Position numbers and translations under genes: made by a program. DNA of 39,402 bases from Candidatus Rokuibacteriota bacterium (GTDB lineage: Bacteria; JAUVQV01; DATDCY01). The stretch is taken from NCBI GenBank assembly GCA_031406795.1, contig JANOHV010000018.1:1-39402 (forward strand), written 5' to 3'. The notes below the pieces were generated by a model that searched no databases, was not told the origin of the DNA, and was given only the letters and a program-made list of their open reading frames with translations. This document shows positions 18,392 through 28,726 of this stretch, in pieces. Numbering within the stretch: position 1 is the first letter of the stretch; the number at the start of each line of letters is the position of its first letter.

Positions 18392-19617
18392 GCCTCCCCC
18401 ACCTCTGGACAGATGTTGAATTTCTCCAGGAGATTCGGCTCGGCACTGGCGACGCCGAGCAGGTCCTCCAGCCGGCTGCCCCGCCCAGCCTCGGCGAACC
18501 CGGCGCTGATTGCAAGACAGAAGTCCGGCACGGGCCCGCCATCGAGGATCTCGCGCCGCTTCAGGACGGCGCCCAGCTTGCCGCTGAAGGTCGCGGCCTC
18601 TTCGAGCGTGGCGCCGGAGAGGATGATGATCACCTTGTTCAGACCCACGCGCGCACAGGTGTCGGTGGCGCGCAGCAGGCCGCAGACCCCCTCCAGCAGA
18701 TTCTTCATCGTCGTCTGCCCGCTCATGAAGCCGAAGCGCCGGTTGATTTCCGCCAGGTTGTCGAGCGTCAGGCAGATCAGCGTGAAGGCGCTGCGCCCCG
18801 GCACCGCGCCGTTCATCTCCCGGGAGAAGCAGCGCTCGATCACGGCGGGGTCGGTCATCGCGGTCGGCTCGACCGGGGCCGTGTCGGCCCCGCCGATGAA
18901 CTGCTGGACGATCGGGTCGGGGCTCTTGCGCAGCGCCTCGGGCGTCCCCGCGAAGACGATCCGTCCCTCGTCGATCATCGCGATCCGCTGGGAGATGTAG
19001 AAGACATCGGGGATTTCGTGGCTGACCAGCACCGCGGTGAATCCGAGCTGCTTCTGGTAGTCGGTGATCAGGCTGTGCACGGCGTGCTTGCGGATCGGGT
19101 CGAGCCCGGTGGTCGGCTCATCGAAGAGCACGACCTCCGGCTCGGTCACCAGGGCCCGGGCGAGCGCCACCCGCTTCTTCATCCCGCCGGAGAGCTGAGA
19201 GGGGTACTTCTCCTCGATGTCGGTCAGATCGAGCAGGAGCAGCTTCTCGCGAACCCGCCGCCGGATCTCCTCGCGCGAGGTGCCGGAGCGCTCCTGCAGC
19301 GGCAGCGCGATGTTTTCGAAGACCGTCATCGAGTCGAGCAGCGCCGTCCCCTGGAAGACATAGCTCATCTTCCGCAGGAAGGCTTTGCGCTCGAGCTTCG
19401 TCAGGGCGTCCAGCGGGCGGCCTTCGATGAGGATGCGGCCGGAGTCCGGCTCGATCAGGTTGATCAGCAGCTTGAGCAGGATGCTCTTGCCGACGCCGCT
19501 CTTGCCGATCAACGTCAGGATCTCGCCGCGGTTGATGTCCAGGTCTACGCCCCGGATGACGTGGTTGTCGCCGAAGCTCTTGCTCAGCTTCTCGATCCTG
19601 ATGAACGGCTCGCTCAT
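18388..19617 (-). CDS. mlaF: MlaF ABC ATPase with C-terminal degenerate GGDEF-like domain
   Basis: GKSGVGKS, LSGGMKKRVALARAL, FDEPTTGLDP, VSHEI; followed by about 160 extra residues (LDNLAEINRRFGFMSG..CARVGLNKVIIIL..ISAGFAE). Confidence 0.9.
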   Translation of the reverse strand: MSEPFIRIEKLSKSFGDNHVIRGVDLDINRGEILTLIGKSGVGKSILLKLLINLIEPDSGRILIEGRPLDALTKLERKAFLRKMSYVFQGTALLDSMTVFENIALPLQERSGTSREEIRRRVREKLLLLDLTDIEEKYPSQLSGGMKKRVALARALVTEPEVVLFDEPTTGLDPIRKHAVHSLITDYQKQLGFTAVLVSHEIPDVFYISQRIAMIDEGRIVFAGTPEALRKSPDPIVQQFIGGADTAPVEPTAMTDPAVIERCFSREMNGAVPGRSAFTLICLTLDNLAEINRRFGFMSGQTTMKNLLEGVCGLLRATDTCARVGLNKVIIILSGATLEEAATFSGKLGAVLKRREILDGGPVPDFCLAISAGFAEAGRGSRLEDLLGVASAEPNLLEKFNICPEVGEA

Positions 19618-19624
19618 CGGCTCA

Positions 19625-20461
19625 TCAGAGCAGAAAGGAGGTCATGATGTAGTCGGTCACGAGGATCAGCACGCAGCAGGTGACGACCGCCGACGTGGTG
19701 GACGAACTGACGCCCTTGGCCCCGAATCCGCCGGGGCGGGTGTGGGTGTAGTACCCCTGATAGCAGCTGATCGTCGAGACCACCACGCCGAAGACGACCG
19801 CCTTGACGAAACCGCCGGTGACGTCCTGCATCTCGACGCTCGACTCGACCCGGGAGAAGAACGTCCCGGAGCTCAGGCCGAGCAGCACCGAGCCGGAGAG
19901 GTAGCCCCCGAGAATGCCGATCACGTCGAAGATCGCGGTCAGCAGGGGGAAGCTGACCACCGCGGCGAAGATCCTCGGGCTGACCAGGAAGTGGATCGGG
20001 TTGATGTCCATGGTCTTGAGCGCGTCGATCTCCTCCGCGTTGCGCATGATGCCGATCTCGGCGGACATCGCGGAGCCCGCCCGCGCGGTGATCATGATCG
20101 CCGTGAGGACCGGGCCCATCTCACGGATCAGCGAGAGGGCGACGGCCGCGCCGAGCATCCCCTGCGCGCCGAACTTCACCAGGGTGTAGTAGCCCTGGAG
20201 CCCGAGCACCATCCCGGTGAAGGCCCCCGTGAGACAGATGACCAGCACCGACCGGGCGCCGATGAAGTAGACCTGGGCGAGGAACTTGGCGATCTGCGGG
20301 GGCAGGGTGAAGATGCCGAACACGCCGCGGCCGAAGAAGATCCCGATGCGGCCGAACTCCCGCAGCGTCTGGAGGCAGGCCACCCCCGTGGCGGCAAGAG
20401 GCGCCGTTAGCACCGAGAATATTGTCCTCTTCGTCCCTGCCGGCACGTCGTCATTTGGCAT
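19625..20461 (-). CDS. mlaE: MlaE ABC permease
   Basis: FTGMVLGLQG, REMGPVLTAIMITARAGSAMSAEIG, EEIDAL..INPIHFLVSPR, STTSAVV. Confidence 0.95.
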   Translation of the reverse strand: MPNDDVPAGTKRTIFSVLTAPLAATGVACLQTLREFGRIGIFFGRGVFGIFTLPPQIAKFLAQVYFIGARSVLVICLTGAFTGMVLGLQGYYTLVKFGAQGMLGAAVALSLIREMGPVLTAIMITARAGSAMSAEIGIMRNAEEIDALKTMDINPIHFLVSPRIFAAVVSFPLLTAIFDVIGILGGYLSGSVLLGLSSGTFFSRVESSVEMQDVTGGFVKAVVFGVVVSTISCYQGYYTHTRPGGFGAKGVSSSTTSAVVTCCVLILVTDYIMTSFLL

Positions 20462-20699
20462 GTTAGTTTATTTTATCACGATGAGCCCCCGCAGCACACC
20501 CTGTCAAGCTGCCCCCCCTGCTCTTCGTGAGCGAATCAGACTCTTCCCGGTGAGTCGAGATGCCTGCTGTTCTGCTGGATCCGCGCATACGCGCTGATCT
20601 AGACCGCGCGTGGCAATGCTTCGGTTGACCATCCGGCGGGGACTTTGTGCTAGCATGCGCAACGCGTTCAATCAATCAACCAAGATACGGAGCGACCAG

Positions 20700-22019
20700 A
20701 TGAAGATCGCAGTCGTGGGCACGGGGTATGTCGGGTTGGTGACCGGAACCTGTTTCGCCGAATCCGGCAACGACGTCGTCTGCGTCGACACCGACCGCGC
20801 GAAGGTCGAGCGGCTCAAGCGGGGCGAGATCCCGATCTATGAACCCGGCCTCGAGGAGATGGTCCGGCACAATGCGCGCCAGGAGCGCCTGCGCTTCACG
20901 ACCAGCATCGAGGAGGCGGTCGCCTGCTCCCTGATCGTCTTCATCGCCGTCGGGACGCCGCCGGGGGAGGACGGTTCGGCCGATCTGCAGTATGTGCTTC
21001 AGGTCGCGCGCGACATCGGCCGCCTCATCACCGCCTTCACGATCGTCGTCAACAAGTCGACGGTCCCGGTCGGCACCGGCGACAAGGTGCGCGCCGTGAT
21101 CCGGGAGGAGCTCGCCGGGCGCGGCGCCGACGTGCCCTTCGACGTCGTCAGCAACCCGGAATTCCTCAAGGAAGGCAACGCCATCGACGACTTCATGAAG
21201 CCCGATCGCGTCATCGTCGGCTGCGAGGAGCCGCGCACCGCCGAGCTGATGAAGGAGCTCTACGCGCCTTTCGTGCGCACCGAGCACCCGATCCTGATCA
21301 TGGACGTGCACTCCTCGGAGATGACCAAGTACGCCGCCAACGCGCTGCTCGCGACGAAGATCTCCTTCATGAACGACGTCGCGAATCTCTGCGAGCTGGT
21401 CGGCGCGGACATCGACATGGTGCGCAAGGGGATCGGTTCCGACTCGCGCATCGGCTACTCCTTCATCTTCCCCGGAGCCGGGTACGGGGGCAGCTGCTTC
21501 CCCAAGGACGTCCAGGCGCTCTGCCGGACGGGACAGCAGCACGGCCACACGCTGGAGCTGCTCGAAGCCGTCGAGGCGGTCAACTACCGTCAGAAGCAGG
21601 TGCTGCTGCGCAAGCTCACCGCGGCCTGCGACGGCGAGCTGGCGGGCAAGACCTTCGCGGTCTGGGGACTGGCCTTCAAGCCGAACACCGACGACATGCG
21701 TGAGGCGCCGGCGATCGTCGTCATCGAGGGGCTGCTGGCCGCGGGCGCCGCGGTCCGGGCCTACGACCCGGCCGCGACTCATGAAGCGGCGAAGATCCTC
21801 GGCGGCCGGATCACCCTCTGCGAGCACAGCTACGACGCCCTCGACGGCGCCGACGGGCTGATCCTGGTCACCGAGTGGAATGATTTCCGCCACCCCGACT
21901 TCGATCGCATGAAGCGGCTGCTCAAACGCCCCCTGGTGATCGACGGCCGGAACATCTACGACCCGGCGAAGATGAAGCAGCTCGGCTTCGAGTACCACTC
22001 AATCGGCCGAGGACGTTAA
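20700..22019 (+). CDS. ugd: UDP-glucose 6-dehydrogenase
   Basis: [65 protein letters not shown]. Confidence 0.95.
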   Translation: MKIAVVGTGYVGLVTGTCFAESGNDVVCVDTDRAKVERLKRGEIPIYEPGLEEMVRHNARQERLRFTTSIEEAVACSLIVFIAVGTPPGEDGSADLQYVLQVARDIGRLITAFTIVVNKSTVPVGTGDKVRAVIREELAGRGADVPFDVVSNPEFLKEGNAIDDFMKPDRVIVGCEEPRTAELMKELYAPFVRTEHPILIMDVHSSEMTKYAANALLATKISFMNDVANLCELVGADIDMVRKGIGSDSRIGYSFIFPGAGYGGSCFPKDVQALCRTGQQHGHTLELLEAVEAVNYRQKQVLLRKLTAACDGELAGKTFAVWGLAFKPNTDDMREAPAIVVIEGLLAAGAAVRAYDPAATHEAAKILGGRITLCEHSYDALDGADGLILVTEWNDFRHPDFDRMKRLLKRPLVIDGRNIYDPAKMKQLGFEYHSIGRGR

Positions 22020-22043
22020 CCGACCGACCGATCACTCTGAACG

Positions 22044-22171
22044 GGCAGGCTGCTCAAAAAGGCCCAGATGCAAGGCTTGCGAAGACCCGACGAATGAGGC
22101 GTACGAGCAGTACGCCGCAGTGAGGAGGGTTGAGCGTAACGCAGCAGATGGGCCTTTTTCAGCGGGCTGCC
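22044..22171. repeat. 128-nt palindromic intergenic element, copy 2
   Basis: Same length and IRs as copy 1; 32-nt core (22092-22123) is identical to 16352-16383; contains the stop codon of the adjacent radical SAM gene. Confidence 0.9.
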
Positions 22172-23697
22172 AGAAATGGGGCGTGGTTCGAGGTGAACTG
22201 CGGCGGATCGTTCCTGATGATCCGCGCCACCGCCGGGTGGCGTTTGAATTCGCGCTCCAGGAAGAGCCGCACCTGCCGGCGGTCCCAGCCCCGGGGATGG
22301 CGAAAATCGGTGCCGAGCGACAGGTCGCCCGCGAAGAACGGCGCCGTGCCGTAGTCGTCCGCTTCGACCGCGCCAAGCGGCATCGTGAAGACGGCCAGAT
22401 TGAGAAACCCGATCGCCTCGCGGTGCCGGACGACGAACTCCAGCGTCCGCCGCGCCTCGAGCAGCGTCTCCCCGGGCGTTCCGAACAGCAGGTAGCAGTA
22501 GACCCCGATGCCGGCCTGCCGGAGGCTCGAAAGCGCCCGCGAGACGGTCCCGAGATCGATCCCCTTGTTCATCCTCTCCAGCACGCCCTGATCGCCGGAC
22601 TCCAGCCCCAGCTTGAGGAGCACGCACCCCGAGCGTTTCAGCGCGCGACAGAAGTCGACATCCGCCAGCCGCTCGTCGACCCGCGCGAAACCGTACCACG
22701 GCACGCCTGGAGGGTGATCCGCCAGGGCCCCCAGGAGCGCCGGGCTGATCGCATTGTCCAGCAGATGGATCAGGACCGGCTTGGTGCTCTCGCTCAGCAG
22801 CCGCAGCTCGGCCAGCGCCTGGTGCGGGGGAATCGGCCGGTACTCGCCGCCCTCGGCCCGTTCCGGGCAGAACGTGCAGCGGTTCCACCAGCAGCCGCCG
22901 GCGGCGCTGTAGGGGAGGATCGGCCCGGGCGAGAGATACTCGCGCAGCGGCAGGCCGGCGTAATCCGGGGCCGCGTCGCCCTTCGGCGCCGCCCCGCCGC
23001 CGAGCAGCGCCAGCAGGGCACGTTCCCCCGGACCGGCGATCACGTCATCGACCAGTCCGGCGAAGGGGTCGCGCCAGCCGGGTCGCCGCATCCAGGAGGT
23101 CACGAGGCCGCCGCCGAGGACAATCCTCGTCCCGGGGTGCTCCCGCCTGAGGTGGCCGATCATCGCGAAAACGCAGAGCGCCTGGCTGAGGAAGTTGAGG
23201 GAAAAGCCGACCGTCCCGACGCCGCCGAGAAGTTCGGAGAGGCGCCGGCTGAAATACGGGTAGAAGGGATTCTGCCGAGGCTGCGCGGCCGCGGCGATCA
23301 AGTCGGCGCTGCGCACGGGAGAGAGGCGGGCATGGTGATAGTCCGACAGGCCGACCACGGCGTCGCCGTGCGGGGAGCAGACGGCAAGGATGCGGTTCAG
23401 GTCGCTGACCGCCCGCCGATAGCGGTCCGGCGACCGGTAGGTTCTTTCGTCCCGCAGCGCGGCGAGATGGCCGGCACGATTTCTGAACGCCCGGCTTGTC
23501 CACGTGTCGCCGGCGGCCGGCGGTTGTTCCAACAACCAGAGCTGCCCCTCAAGGTTGGCGTCGAGCAGCCGGCAGGAGCGGCCGTGCGCGCGCAGCGCCG
23601 CCGCCAGGCGCGCAATGCCGGCCGGCGGTTCACTCGCCTTGGCGATGGGAGGGGCGACGAGGAGGATGTCCGGCGTCGCGGAGGGGTTCACCCTCAC
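22159..23697 (-). CDS. B12-binding-domain radical SAM protein
   Basis: GTG overlaps the pgl stop. CWWNRCTFC (CX3CX2C), VGFSLNFLSQ..IVLGGG, GPGE, LGLESGDQGVLERMNKG, YLLFGTPGET. Confidence 0.85.
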   Translation of the reverse strand: MRVNPSATPDILLVAPPIAKASEPPAGIARLAAALRAHGRSCRLLDANLEGQLWLLEQPPAAGDTWTSRAFRNRAGHLAALRDERTYRSPDRYRRAVSDLNRILAVCSPHGDAVVGLSDYHHARLSPVRSADLIAAAAQPRQNPFYPYFSRRLSELLGGVGTVGFSLNFLSQALCVFAMIGHLRREHPGTRIVLGGGLVTSWMRRPGWRDPFAGLVDDVIAGPGERALLALLGGGAAPKGDAAPDYAGLPLREYLSPGPILPYSAAGGCWWNRCTFCPERAEGGEYRPIPPHQALAELRLLSESTKPVLIHLLDNAISPALLGALADHPPGVPWYGFARVDERLADVDFCRALKRSGCVLLKLGLESGDQGVLERMNKGIDLGTVSRALSSLRQAGIGVYCYLLFGTPGETLLEARRTLEFVVRHREAIGFLNLAVFTMPLGAVEADDYGTAPFFAGDLSLGTDFRHPRGWDRRQVRLFLEREFKRHPAVARIIRNDPPQFTSNHAPFLAAR

Positions 23698-24389
23698 CCG
23701 ACACGGCTCCCCGCGGCGTCCGCGTCCGCGAGGAGGATTGCCCGGTCGCGCCGGACGCGACCGGCGGGGATGGCCGGGTCGCCGCGGCGCAGCCGCTCGA
23801 GCGCCAGCGTCTTGTCGGACCCGGTCACCACCCAAAGAATGCACCGGGCACGATCGAGCGCCGGGTAGGTGAGCGTCATGCGGCGGCGCCCCTGGTACGG
23901 GCCCGCCACCGTCACGTCGGCTCGCGCAACCTCGAGCGCCGGGTCGCCCGGATCGAGGGAAGCGGTGTGCCCGTCGGCGCCGATCCCGAGGTGCACCAGA
24001 TCGAGCACCGCCGGGCTGCCGGCGGCCTCCCGCAACTCCTCGGCGTAGCGTGCCGCGGCCTCCTCCAGGTCGACGACGTCCACGGGCATCGCGTGCAGGT
24101 GTTCAACCGGGAGCGGGACGGCTCCCAACAGACCTGCGCTCAGCTGCGTGAGGTTCCGATCGGGATGTCCGACGGGGGCCACCCGCTCGTCGACCTGGAA
24201 GAGATGGACGGCTGTCCATGGCACCTCCTCTTCGGCGAGAAAGCGGAGCATGCGCAGGGGCGTCGAGCCACCGCTGATCGCCAGCGCGAATCGGCCGCAC
24301 TGCGCGACCGACTCCCGTGCCGACGCGGCGATGAGCGCCGCCGCCCGGCGGGCCACGGCTTCGGCGTCCGCGAGGATTTCGACCTTCAT
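23694..24389 (-). CDS. pgl: 6-phosphogluconolactonase
   Basis: [34 protein letters not shown]. Confidence 0.92.
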   Translation of the reverse strand: MKVEILADAEAVARRAAALIAASARESVAQCGRFALAISGGSTPLRMLRFLAEEEVPWTAVHLFQVDERVAPVGHPDRNLTQLSAGLLGAVPLPVEHLHAMPVDVVDLEEAAARYAEELREAAGSPAVLDLVHLGIGADGHTASLDPGDPALEVARADVTVAGPYQGRRRMTLTYPALDRARCILWVVTGSDKTLALERLRRGDPAIPAGRVRRDRAILLADADAAGSRVG

Positions 24390-26020
24390 CGTCCCCGCAG
24401 CAGGCGATACCGACGGATCAGCGCATTGGTCGAGCTATCGTGCGCGAGAGGCGGCTCGACCGTGTCTTCCAGCTCCGGGACGATCCGCTGCGCCAGCACC
24501 TTGCCCAGCTCCACACCCCACTGGTCGAACGGGTTGATGCGCCAGATCGCCCCCTGCGTGAACACGCTGTGCTCGTAGAGCGCGACCAGTGCGCCGAGCG
24601 CCTCGGGCGTGAGTCGCTCGGCGAGCAGGACGTTGCTCGGTCGGTTCCCCGCGAAAGTGCGGTGCGGCACGAGCGCCTCGGGGGTGCCCTCGGCACGCAC
24701 CTCGAGCGCGTTCTTCCCGAACGCCAGCGCCTCGGCCTGCGCGAAGACGTTGGACATCAGCAGGTCGTGGTGCCGGCCCAGCGGGTTGAGCGAGCGGGCG
24801 AAACCGATGAAATCGCACGGGACGAGCTTCGTGCCCTGGTGCAGCAACTGGTAGAACGAGTGCTGCCCGTTCGTGCCGGGTTCGCCCCAGATGACCGCGC
24901 CGGTCTGGTAGTCGACCGCCGCGCCCTCGAGGGTGACGCTCTTGCCGCTGCTCTCCATCGTCAGCTGCTGCAGATAGGCCGGGAAGCGCCGGAGGTACTG
25001 GTCGTACGGCAGCACGGCCGCGGACTGGGCCTCGAAGAAGCTGCCGTACCAGAGCGCCAGCAGCCCCATCAGCACCGGCAGATTGCGCTCGAACGGCGCC
25101 GTGCGAAAGTGCTCGTCCATGGCGTGGAAGCCGGCGAGCAGCGCGCGAAAACGCTCCGGTCCGACCGCGAGCATCGTCGAAAGCCCGATCGCCGAGTCCA
25201 GCGAGTAGCGGCCGCCGACCCAGTCCCAGAAGCCGAACATGTTCGCGGTGTCGATGCCGAACTGCGAAACCGCCGCGGCGTTCGTGGAAACGGCGACGAA
25301 GTGCCGGGCGATCGCCTGCTCGTCCTTGAGAGCCGCCAGCGTCCACGCGCGCGCGGCGCGGGCGTTGGTCATCGTCTCGAGCGTCGTGAAGGTCTTCGAC
25401 GAGATGATGAAGAGGGTCGCGGCGGGATCGAGCCCGCGGACCGCCTCGCTGAAGTCCGTCCCGTCGACGTTGGAGACGAACCGGAAGCTCAACGCGCGCT
25501 CGCTGTAATGGCGCAGCGCCTCGTACGCCATGACCGGCCCGAGATCCGATCCGCCGATGCCGATGTTGACCACCGCGCGGATCGGCCGCCCGGTGAACCC
25601 CGGCCACGCACCGCCGCGCACCGCTTCGGCGAACGCGGCCATCCGGTCCAGGACGGCGTGGACGCCGGGCACGACATCCGCGCCGCCCACGAGAATCCGG
25701 GCCTCCCGGGGCGCTCGCAACGCCACGTGCAGCACGGCGCGGTCCTCGGTGAGGTTGATCCGGTCGCCGCGGAACATCGCGTCGATGTGACCGCGCAGTC
25801 CGCTCTCCCCGGCGAGACTCAGCAGCAGCCGGAGCGTCTCGTTGGTGACCCGATTCTTCGAGTAATCGAGGAACCAGCCGGCTCCCTCGCAACTCAGGCG
25901 CTCGCCGCGGTGCGGGTCCGCGGCGAACAGCGTGCGCAGTTGCGCCTCCCTGATCTTCCCGTGATGTGCGGCGAGCGCCCGCCAGGCGGGTCGGCGGGTC
26001 ACGGATTCTCGTTCGGCCAT
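24386..26020 (-). CDS. pgi: Glucose-6-phosphate isomerase
   Basis: [55 protein letters not shown]. Confidence 0.98.
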   Translation of the reverse strand: MAERESVTRRPAWRALAAHHGKIREAQLRTLFAADPHRGERLSCEGAGWFLDYSKNRVTNETLRLLLSLAGESGLRGHIDAMFRGDRINLTEDRAVLHVALRAPREARILVGGADVVPGVHAVLDRMAAFAEAVRGGAWPGFTGRPIRAVVNIGIGGSDLGPVMAYEALRHYSERALSFRFVSNVDGTDFSEAVRGLDPAATLFIISSKTFTTLETMTNARAARAWTLAALKDEQAIARHFVAVSTNAAAVSQFGIDTANMFGFWDWVGGRYSLDSAIGLSTMLAVGPERFRALLAGFHAMDEHFRTAPFERNLPVLMGLLALWYGSFFEAQSAAVLPYDQYLRRFPAYLQQLTMESSGKSVTLEGAAVDYQTGAVIWGEPGTNGQHSFYQLLHQGTKLVPCDFIGFARSLNPLGRHHDLLMSNVFAQAEALAFGKNALEVRAEGTPEALVPHRTFAGNRPSNVLLAERLTPEALGALVALYEHSVFTQGAIWRINPFDQWGVELGKVLAQRIVPELEDTVEPPLAHDSSTNALIRRYRLLRGR

Positions 26021-26035
26021 GCGCGATTCCTCCGG

Positions 26036-27436
26036 TTATTCCCTGCAGGCGAGGTCCACCATGTCGACCGGATTGTGCCAGCCGCCGATCGCCGCGGCGA
26101 ACTCCTCGGCGGGCGCCGGCCCCCAGGTGCCCGGGTCGTACTCGTGCAGCGGCGACGCGTCTCCCAGGACGGGATCCACGATGCTCCACATCTTCTCGAC
26201 CCCCGTCTCGCTGGCGAAGACGACCCCGTCGCCCCGCAGGGCGTCGCCGAGGATGCGCTCGTAGGCCAGCATCTGATCGGGGGGAGAATAGTTGGCGAGG
26301 ACCTCGATGTCACTGCCGATCAGCGCAACCCCGGGGACCTTGACGCAGATGCCGATGGCGAACACCAGCTCCGGACTCAGCCGGATGCGCAGGTAATTCC
26401 GGTGGTCGATGTCGTGACTGCCCGGCTGCAGGAACGGCTCGGCCTTGAGTGTCATCATGATTTCGACGGCGCTCACGGGCAGCTGCTTGCCGGCCCTGAG
26501 ATAGAACGGGACCCCCTGCCAGCGCGGCGTGTCGATCTGCAGCCGCACGGCAGCGAAGGTCTCCACGGTTGAATCCGCCGCCACGTCGGGCTCCTGACGG
26601 TACCCCCGATACTGCCCGCGCACCACGTGCGCCGGGTCGAGCGGGGGGATCGCCTCGTAGACGCGCAGCTTCGCTTCGGACATGGCTTCGACCGACCCGT
26701 CACGGGGGCGCTCCATCGCCAGCAGCGAGAGAATCTGCAGCAGGTGGTTCTGGATCACGTCGCGGATGGCGCCGGCCTCCTCATAGAACTTCCCGCGACC
26801 CTTGACGCCGAAGTTTTCGGCCATCGTGATCTGGATGCTGGCGATGTGCTCGCGGCTCCAGATCGGCTCGAGAAAGGCATTCGCAAACCTGAAGTAGTAC
26901 AGGTTCTGGACCGGTTCCTTGCCGAGGAAGTGGTCGATGCGGAAGATGGCGTCCGGGGCGAAGTAGCTCCGCAGCGTGCGGTTGAGCTCGCAGGCCGAAG
27001 CCCGGCTGCGGCCGAAGGGCTTCTCCAGGACCAGGCGCGCCTGCCGCGCCAGGCCGGCGGCGGACAGAGATTTCGCGACCGCCTCGAACATGCTCGGCGC
27101 GATCGCCAGGTAGTAGAGCGGCGCGGTGGCGGCGCCAAGCTGCTGCCGCAAGGCCGCATAGGTGGCCGGCTCGCGGTAGTCGCCGTCGACATAGCGCAGC
27201 AGTTCGAGCAGCCGGGCCGCTGCAGCCGCATCGACGGCACCCTGATTGGCGGCCAGGCTCGCGCGCACCCGCTCGCGCATCTGTTCCAGATCCCAGCCGG
27301 ACTTGGCCACCCCCACGATCGGCAGATCCAGCGTACCGCGCCGGATCATCGCGTGCAGCGCCGGGATGACGTGCTTGTAGGCCAGGTCGCCCGAAATCCC
27401 GAAAATCACCAGGGCATCGGCCTGCGGTGCCTCCAT
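26036..27436 (-). CDS. zwf: Glucose-6-phosphate 1-dehydrogenase
   Basis: IFGISGDLA, EKPFG, RIDHFLGKE, RDVIQNHLLQ, PFYLRAGK. Confidence 0.96.
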   Translation of the reverse strand: MEAPQADALVIFGISGDLAYKHVIPALHAMIRRGTLDLPIVGVAKSGWDLEQMRERVRASLAANQGAVDAAAAARLLELLRYVDGDYREPATYAALRQQLGAATAPLYYLAIAPSMFEAVAKSLSAAGLARQARLVLEKPFGRSRASACELNRTLRSYFAPDAIFRIDHFLGKEPVQNLYYFRFANAFLEPIWSREHIASIQITMAENFGVKGRGKFYEEAGAIRDVIQNHLLQILSLLAMERPRDGSVEAMSEAKLRVYEAIPPLDPAHVVRGQYRGYRQEPDVAADSTVETFAAVRLQIDTPRWQGVPFYLRAGKQLPVSAVEIMMTLKAEPFLQPGSHDIDHRNYLRIRLSPELVFAIGICVKVPGVALIGSDIEVLANYSPPDQMLAYERILGDALRGDGVVFASETGVEKMWSIVDPVLGDASPLHEYDPGTWGPAPAEEFAAAIGGWHNPVDMVDLACRE

Positions 27437-27439
27437 CGC

Positions 27440-28468
27440 CTACCCTTCCTTCCCGGTGGCGGGCTTTTCCGCGTGGCCGCCGAACTCGAAGCGCATGGCG
27501 GCGGCGATCTTGTCGGCCACCAAAGCGTTGCCGCGCGAGGAGAAGCGGCCGTACAGTGCCGCACTGAGCACGGGCACCGGCACTGCCTCGTCGATCGCGG
27601 CCTGGATCGTCCAGCGTCCCTCGCCCGAATCCGACACCCGGCCGGCGAACTTTTCCAGGCCGGGACTCTCCACCAACGCCTGTGCGGTGAGGTCGAGCAG
27701 CCAGGAACTGATCACGCTGCCACGTCGCCAGAGTTCCGCGATCCCGGCGAGGTCGAGGTCGTAGCGGTAGTGCTCGGGGTTGCGCAGCGGCGCGGTTTCG
27801 GCGTCGATTTCGTGCGTCTGCGCGCCGACGTTGGCATGTCGCAAAATGTTGAAACCCTCGGCGTAGGCCGCCATCAGCCCGTACTCGATGCCGTTGTGCA
27901 CCATCTTCACGAAGTGTCCGGCCCCGCTCGGCCCGCAGTGCAGGTACCCCAACTCCGCCGGGGCGAGCGCCCCCTGCCGTCCCGGCGTGCGCGCCGCGGC
28001 GGCGTGGCCCGGCGCGAGCGCGGCGAAGATCGGGTCGAGGTGCCTGACGATCGCCGGCTCGCCCCCGATCATCAGGCAGTACCCGCGCTCGCGGCCGAAG
28101 ACCCCGCCGCTCGTGCCCACGTCGACGTAGTGGATGCCCGACGCCGACAGGGCGCTCGCCCGGCGCAGGTCGTCGCGGTAGTACGAGTTGCCGCCGTCGA
28201 TCACGATGTCGCCCTTCGCGAGCAGCGGCTTCAGCGCGTCGATTTCGCCGTCGACGACCGCTGCGGGCACCATGAGCCAGATGGCGCGCGGCGGCTTCAG
28301 GCTGGCGACGAGTTCCGCCAGGCTTCCCGCGCCGATCGCGCCCAGACCCGCCAGCTCCTGCACGGCAGCGGGGTGAACGTCGAAGACCACGCACTGCTGC
28401 CCTGCGCTCAGCAACCGCTGCGCCATGTTGGCGCCCATCCGTCCCAGACCGATCATCCCGAGCTGCAT
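27440..28468 (-). CDS. gnd: 6-phosphogluconate dehydrogenase, short type
   Basis: [48 protein letters not shown]. Confidence 0.96.
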   Translation of the reverse strand: MQLGMIGLGRMGANMAQRLLSAGQQCVVFDVHPAAVQELAGLGAIGAGSLAELVASLKPPRAIWLMVPAAVVDGEIDALKPLLAKGDIVIDGGNSYYRDDLRRASALSASGIHYVDVGTSGGVFGRERGYCLMIGGEPAIVRHLDPIFAALAPGHAAAARTPGRQGALAPAELGYLHCGPSGAGHFVKMVHNGIEYGLMAAYAEGFNILRHANVGAQTHEIDAETAPLRNPEHYRYDLDLAGIAELWRRGSVISSWLLDLTAQALVESPGLEKFAGRVSDSGEGRWTIQAAIDEAVPVPVLSAALYGRFSSRGNALVADKIAAAMRFEFGGHAEKPATGKEG

Positions 28469-28557
28469 CTGGCACTCCTCCCTGAATTACGGCGGCACAG
28501 CTCCCTCGGCGACACCCCGAGCAGGCCGCACCTCACCGGCGTCAGAACCGTTGAACA

Positions 28558-28586
28558 ACTATGATCCGCCTGGAAACCGTTTGCAA
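28558..28586 (-). promoter_or_regulatory. Sigma70-type promoter of gnd-zwf-pgi-pgl with overlapping LacI-type palindrome
   Basis: TTGCAA-17-CATAGT on the minus strand; TGGAAACCGTTTGCA at 28571-28585. Confidence 0.5.
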
Positions 28587-28621
28587 TCGGGGAGGCGTCG
28601 ACGGCGCGCGGGCCGCAGGGC

Positions 28622-28650
28622 TTGCCGGACCCGGGCGCGCGCGGTACGAT
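28622..28650 (+). promoter_or_regulatory. Sigma70-type promoter of the DedA/ArsS-like cluster
   Basis: TTGCCG-17-TACGAT. Confidence 0.55.
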
Positions 28651-28726
28651 AGATCCGTATCGCATGGTGGCCGCTCGTGCAGGCAACGAGCAGGCCTCCC
28701 GTGTTCGGCGCTGGAGGAACAGCCTG

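Noticed and set aside
16305-22171. CRISPR array or composite transposon bounded by repeat copies 1 and 2
   Set aside because: No regular repeat-spacer pattern, cas gene or transposase; the enclosed genes are housekeeping (mla, ugd).
28571-28585. Sigma54 promoter-like TGG..TTGCA
   Set aside because: GG-to-GC spacing is one base shorter than the strict -24/-12 requirement.
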